A stretch of 64,000 nt of DNA from an uncultured Candidatus Rokubacteria bacterium (lineage in GTDB: Bacteria; Methylomirabilota; Methylomirabilia; Rokubacteriales; CSP1-6), in NCBI GenBank assembly GCA_963754315.1, contig CAVWFS010000019.1:448001-512000 (forward strand). The letters run 5' to 3'. This document shows, in pieces, positions 59,163 to 64,000 of this stretch; within the stretch, counting starts at the first letter, position 1, and each line of letters begins with the position of its first letter. Both the position numbers and the translations under genes were made by a program. Below the pieces are notes generated by a model. That model ran no database searches. It was not told where the DNA came from and worked only from the letters and a program-made list of their open reading frames with translations.

Positions 59163-59612
59163 ATGATGAACGACGCGAGCACGCCGATCGGACAGCCAGC
59201 AGCTGTGAATCCTCCGGGCAAGCTGGCGTACGCAACCCCGACGACCGCCCCTCTCGTGGCGGGCCGGCGCTCCTTCTTCAAGTACCGCGACCTCGGCGTC
59301 ACGGCCGCGAGCAGCGGGAAGATCCGCGCCCAGGTGACGATCGGGGCCGATGGAATGACGAAGCCGACCGGGTGGCACTATCACGTCTGCGAGGGCCAGT
59401 TCGTCTACATGCTCAGTGGGTGGGTCGACCTGGAGTTCGAGGACGGCCAGAAGCTGCGCATCCAGTCGGGCGAGTCGCTCTACATCCCCGGCGGACTACG
59501 GCATAACGAGACGGGGGCGTCGCGAGACCTGGAGCTCCTGGAAATCTCCGTGCCCGCGGACATGGGCACCGTGGCCTGCGATCCCCCCGAAGGGTGGGCC
59601 GCGCGCGCGTGA
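59163..59612 (+). CDS. Cupin domain protein
   Basis: RBS GAGGAGG; GWHYH..QFVYMLSGW and IPGG.RHNE. Confidence 0.88.
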   Translation: MMNDASTPIGQPAAVNPPGKLAYATPTTAPLVAGRRSFFKYRDLGVTAASSGKIRAQVTIGADGMTKPTGWHYHVCEGQFVYMLSGWVDLEFEDGQKLRIQSGESLYIPGGLRHNETGASRDLELLEISVPADMGTVACDPPEGWAARA

Positions 59613-59716
59613 CGCCGTCCTGACGGCAATCTCGCCCACGTGAGGCACAACCGAGCGGCGGGTAGCGGAGCCTCCTCACCGATCCTGCGCGGCTGAAGCG
59701 CAGAGGGATCGAGACG

Positions 59717-60949
59717 ATGCAGGGCTCGGGCGGCTCGGCCTCACACAGTCCCACGGCCTTGTACCGCAGCGTGGGCGAGGAGCTGCATCACTTCGATGTC
59801 GACGTCGAGGCGACGTCGCTGACCCAGCGTGGCACGGTGACGGTTCCGGCCGGCGTCCAGTACGTCTGGCCGCACCCCTCGCGGCAGTACCTCTACGTTG
59901 CCTCGAGCAACCGCGGGCCGGGCGCGACCAGCACGACCGGCGATACGCACCATCTGACCGCCTTTCGCGTCGATGCCGCGACCGGCGCGCTGCACCCGCA
60001 CGGTGAGCCTGTCCCGCTGCCGTGGCGCGCGATCCATATGAGCCTGGATCGCACCGGCAATTTTGCGTTGACCGCGTACAACCTGCCGAGCAGCGTGTCC
60101 GTCCACCGCATCAATGGCGACGGGACGATCGGAGCGCTGGTGCAGCAGCCCACGCCTCTGGACACGGGGATCTACGCACACCAGATTTTGGCCACCCCGG
60201 ACAACCGCGCGGTGATCCTCGTCACGCGTGGCAATGATCCGACCGGCAGCAAGGCCGAGGATCCGGGGGCGCTCAAGGTCTTTCGCTTCCATGACGGCGT
60301 GCTGTCGAACCTGGCATCGGTCGCCCCCGGCGGGGGTTATGGGTTCGGGCCACGGCATCTGGATTTCCACCCGACGCAGCCGTGGGTCTATGTAGCGCGC
60401 GAGCGGGAAAACAAGCTCGACGTCTATCGCCTGGATGGCGAGCACCTGAGCGCGACCCCCGCGTTCGTGAAGGACACGCTGAGTAAACCGCGAACCTCCC
60501 CCGGACGCCAGGCCGTCGGCACCGTCCACGTGCATCCCGGCGGCCGGTTCGTCTATGTCGCCAATCGCGCCAGTGCCACCGTACCGTTCGAAGGCCAGCC
60601 GGTCTTCCAGGGCGGAGAGAACACCATTGCGGTGTATGCCATCGACCAGGGCAGCGGTGAGCCGACATTGATTCAAAGCGTCGAGTCGCGTGGCTATCAT
60701 GTGCGCACATTCGCTCTCGACCCGAGCGCCCGCTTGCTGGTGGCGGCCACCATCGCACCGATCAACGTGCGCGAGGAATCGCGCATCGTCAGCGTCCCGG
60801 CTTGCCTCTCCCTGTTTCGCGTGAACGACGGCCGCCTGGATTTCGTGCGAAAGTACGATGTCGAGACCAACGGCAAGTTCCAGTGGTGGATGGGGATGAT
60901 GGGAACTGCCCGGCCGAGGTTGATCATAGGAGGGAGCAGCGATGAGTGA
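59717..60949 (+). CDS. Lactonase family 7-bladed beta-propeller (6-phosphogluconolactonase-like)
   Basis: HPS..YLYV, YAHQ, GPRHLDFHP, VHP.GRFVYVANR and R.FALDP. Start uncertain. Confidence 0.85.
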   Translation: MQGSGGSASHSPTALYRSVGEELHHFDVDVEATSLTQRGTVTVPAGVQYVWPHPSRQYLYVASSNRGPGATSTTGDTHHLTAFRVDAATGALHPHGEPVPLPWRAIHMSLDRTGNFALTAYNLPSSVSVHRINGDGTIGALVQQPTPLDTGIYAHQILATPDNRAVILVTRGNDPTGSKAEDPGALKVFRFHDGVLSNLASVAPGGGYGFGPRHLDFHPTQPWVYVARERENKLDVYRLDGEHLSATPAFVKDTLSKPRTSPGRQAVGTVHVHPGGRFVYVANRASATVPFEGQPVFQGGENTIAVYAIDQGSGEPTLIQSVESRGYHVRTFALDPSARLLVAATIAPINVREESRIVSVPACLSLFRVNDGRLDFVRKYDVETNGKFQWWMGMMGTARPRLIIGGSSDE

Positions 60950-62264
60950 AAACTACCAGGACCTCAAGTGTCTCGCCGGCATCCGGGTCGTCGATTTCAC
61001 CCAGTTCGAGGCAGGCACGTCCTGCACCGAGGCCCTCGCCTGGCTCGGCGCCGAGGTGGTCAAGATCGAGAATCCGAAGACCGGCGATCCTGGCCGCCGC
61101 CTGCGGCCGGGCAAGCCTGACGATGATCCGTGGTACTTCCACATGTTCAACGCCAACAAGAAATCGCTGGCCATCAACCTCAAGGCACCGCGCGGGCTCG
61201 AAGTCGTCAAGGCGATGCTGAAGAAGGCCGACATCACCGTCGAGAACATGGCGCCGGGGACGATCGAGCGCCTCGGGCTCGGCTATGACGAGGTGAAGAA
61301 GATCAACCCCGGCATCATCTTTTGCCAGATCCAGGGCTTCGGCACCGGGAGCAAGTACGAGAACGGTCTCGCCTTCGACATGATCGCCCAGGCCGCCGGC
61401 GGCACCATCAGCGTGACCGGCGAGCCCGATCGGCCGCCGGTGAAGCCTGGCCCGAGCTTTGGCGACACCGGCACTGGCATGCTGATGGCGGCCACCATCC
61501 TCGCCGCGCTCTACGAGCGGCAGCGGACCGGCCAGGGCAAGCGTCTGCAAGTGGCGATGCAGGACGCAATGCTCCACTACATGCGCACCTGCTTTGCCAC
61601 CCAGGCGCGCACCGGGAAGGCGGCACCCCGCCGCGGCGGGAAATCCGTGGCCGGCACCAACTCGCCCTCCGGCCTCTATCAATGCAAGCCCCTCGGCTCC
61701 AACGACTGGGTCTACATCACCACCAGCCGAGGCAATCCCGAACACTGGGGTCGGCTGATGCGGCTGATCGGACGCGAGGAGCTGATCGACGATCCTCGCT
61801 TCGCCACCGCCGCCGCCCGCGGCGAGCGGGAGGCCGAGGTCGATGCGATCGTCACCGAGTGGACGCGCCGGCACACCAAGGAAGAGGCCATGGCGCTGGT
61901 CAGCGGCGTCGGGGTGCCGGCCGGGGCCGTGTTCGACACCATGGAGCTGCAGCAGGATCCGAGCTTCGAGGAGCGCGGCATCATGCAGGTGATGGACCAC
62001 CCGAACGGAGCGTTCAAGATGCCGACGTGGCCGGTGCGCGTGGACGGCAAGCCGCCCCGGCTCAAACCCTCGCCGCTTCTGGGCCAGCACGGCGCCGAGG
62101 TGCTGGACGACTGGCTCGGCCTCGACGCCGGCGAAATTGCTGCCTTAAAGCGCGAGGGGGTGCTTGTAGCGCGGACTCCGGTCGGATCGAGAAGTCTGGC
62201 GAGGAGGCAACACGGGCGCGATCCGCCCAGGGTGGGTCGCGCGCCCGATGCCTCCTTAGTCTGA
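60942..62264 (+). CDS. CaiB/BaiF family III CoA transferase (formyl-CoA transferase-like)
   Basis: LAGIRVVDFTQFEAG..LAWLGAEVVKIE, NANKKS, catalytic-Asp region FGDTGTG and PLLGQH. Confidence 0.92.
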   Translation: MSENYQDLKCLAGIRVVDFTQFEAGTSCTEALAWLGAEVVKIENPKTGDPGRRLRPGKPDDDPWYFHMFNANKKSLAINLKAPRGLEVVKAMLKKADITVENMAPGTIERLGLGYDEVKKINPGIIFCQIQGFGTGSKYENGLAFDMIAQAAGGTISVTGEPDRPPVKPGPSFGDTGTGMLMAATILAALYERQRTGQGKRLQVAMQDAMLHYMRTCFATQARTGKAAPRRGGKSVAGTNSPSGLYQCKPLGSNDWVYITTSRGNPEHWGRLMRLIGREELIDDPRFATAAARGEREAEVDAIVTEWTRRHTKEEAMALVSGVGVPAGAVFDTMELQQDPSFEERGIMQVMDHPNGAFKMPTWPVRVDGKPPRLKPSPLLGQHGAEVLDDWLGLDAGEIAALKREGVLVARTPVGSRSLARRQHGRDPPRVGRAPDASLV

Positions 62265-62296
62265 TCAGTCTATCTCTGCAGGTCTCTCCCGTCTGC

Positions 62297-64000
62297 CTAC
62301 TTACAGGGCTTCTCCTGCTTACACGCGCTGATGAGAAACGTGTGGCCGATGTCCCCACCGTCCCACCCGGAGAAGGGCCAGTCATTGATGATCTTGGGGT
62401 TCACCACCACCTCGATGTACACATCGAAGAGCGGGATGACCTCGAAGTTCTCAAACTTGTAGTTGCCGATCTTCCGCAGCTGGGCATCCGCCGCCTTGGG
62501 ATCGGACATCTGCAGCAGGTCTTCCCACATCTTGTAGATCGTATCGTCCTCGAACCAGTGGCCTACGCCCTTTCCGGCGTTGAACAGAGCGATCTGCGGC
62601 TCCACCGCCTTTTTCGACGGGACGCCGCCCCTGAGGTACCAGTTCGCTCGCCGCTCCCGCACCTTGGGCTGGACGACCGCCACCAGATCGGCCTCTTCCA
62701 GCTCCAGCTCGATGCCCACTTCACGCAACTGAGTGGCCACCGCCTCCAGCACCTGAGAGGAGCTCCGGCGCCCCCGCAAAGGGAAAGAGCCAGGCCTTGG
62801 CCTTGAAGCCCTTGGGGTATCCGGCCTCGGCCAGCAGCTGCTTGGCCTTCTTCGGGTCGTAGCCGTACATCTCCGGGAAGCGCTTCTCCCAGGTGGCGTC
62901 CCAGCCGGGCAGGTCGGGATAGAAGCCCGCCACATAGGTGGGCGTCGCCCGGCCCTTGTAGAACACCTGGAGCAGTTCCTCGCGGTTGATGGCCTTGTTC
63001 ATGGCCTGCCGCACCTTCTTGTTGGTCCACGGCACCTTGGGGTCGAGTCTCCCGGTTATCCCCCCGTATTCGGTGTAGCGCTTCGTGGCCTTGTCCTCGG
63101 TGCCGAAGTACAGTCCACCGAAGGCAAGGACGGTCTGTTGCGCCACCTGCCGACTGCGGATGAGCTTGAATCCCTTGGCGATCGCGTCGTCGGTGAGGTC
63201 CCTGTTGATCTCGGTGAGGTGGCTTTCTCCCGCCATCAACTGGGCAAAGCGCGTCGGCTCCTCGACGTTCCAGGTCATCTTGATCTCTTTCCAGTCCACC
63301 ACACCCCACTTCCAGTGCGGCGTCGGGGCACGCTCGTACAAAACATGACGGCCGAGTTGTCGCTCCTTGAAGATATACGGCCCGGTGCCGGCCGGCTTCG
63401 TCTCGTACGCCATCTCCCCTTCCTTGTCCCATTGCGCCTTGCTGAAGATGATCATGCTCGACGCGCTCGAGTAATAGAACTGCAGGTCGAGGCAGACGAC
63501 CTTGCAGTGCAGGACGACCTCGTGATCGTTGATCACCTCCACCCGCTGGACCGCGCACATGCCGTTGCTTGTAACCGACCAGGGTCGGGTCTTTGCGGCC
63601 CGGGTAGTTGGGATCACACCAGAGCGCGTGGTTGTGCACCACGTCCCTGGCCGTGAATTCGCCATAGCCGTGGTGGAATTGCACGCCCTTCTGCAACTTG
63701 ATGCGCCAGGACCGGCCGTCCTTGGCCATTTCCGAGCTCTTGGCCAGCCAGGGGTTGTAGCCACCCGACGACGAGGTCGACCTCGAACAGCCACTCGAAC
63801 GCCGGATCATGCTGAATGTTGTGGTCCGGGGTGCCGGTGATCCAGGGGCGCATGTAGTCCCGATAGGGGTTGATGAGACCCATCACCAGACGGTCCGCCT
63901 TGGCCTTGCCGGTGGCGGGTTGCGCCTGGGCACTCACGCCGGTCAGCACCACGAGTAGCATCGGCAACAGGCAGAGCAATACATTGGGTTTGCCGGAACG
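62297..64000 (-). CDS. ABC transporter substrate-binding protein, family 5 (peptide/nickel); frameshifted, start at or beyond the window end
   Basis: Signal-peptide-like N-terminus (63614 ORF), PWLA..DGRSWRIKLQKGVQFHHG..FTARDV, GTGPY, KVRQAMNKAINRE and YDPKKAKQLLAEAGYP, across frames. Confidence 0.85.

Noticed and set aside
1..64000. Many long antisense or overlapping ORFs (e.g. 4950-6311, 27892-29265, 46870-48180, 61322-62806)
   Set aside because: Shadow ORFs expected in high-GC DNA, overlapping well-supported genes and lacking family motifs.
1..64000. CRISPR array, tRNA or rRNA genes
   Set aside because: No regularly spaced repeat-spacer series or recognisable structural RNA gene was found by eye.

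Overview
A GC-rich bacterial window. Its gene families (double-zinc-ribbon/adenylate-cyclase/AAA/TPR proteins, 'MNRR..AAPLAAEAQQPGKVYRIG' ABC-binding-protein leaders, many TA pairs) suggest Ca. Rokubacteria/Methylomirabilota; this is inference. About 1-41 kb is metabolic: glpD (partial), a HAD-IIA hydrolase, a detached nuoLMN, an M23 peptidase, a type III PKS/methyltransferase/FAD-oxidoreductase/RraA operon, a MurNAc/GlcNAc recycling cluster (murQ, namZ, nagZ, SSS transporter, BadF-type kinase) around a sigma54 two-component system, hemE-hemH-hemY, acoXABC, a MutS-like protein and a proline-racemase-family gene. About 37.5-59 kb is accessory: five intact type II TA pairs, gene remnants, a Mo-hydroxylase pair, two 'large enzyme + small free copy of its N-terminal module' gene pairs and an IS1111-type (IS110 family) element. 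That element can be read in detail: 10-bp sub-terminal inverted repeats, a 2-nt AT core, a promoter formed on circularisation, and a downstream non-coding RNA whose loops match both its insertion site and its own end-junction (bridge/seek RNA). Its target is the repeated C-terminal 'DM|RFWLEQAE' coding motif of the cyclase-TPR family, present four times in the window. Several conserved genes carry clustered single-base frameshifts, probably long-read consensus errors. No rRNA, tRNA or CRISPR array was seen.
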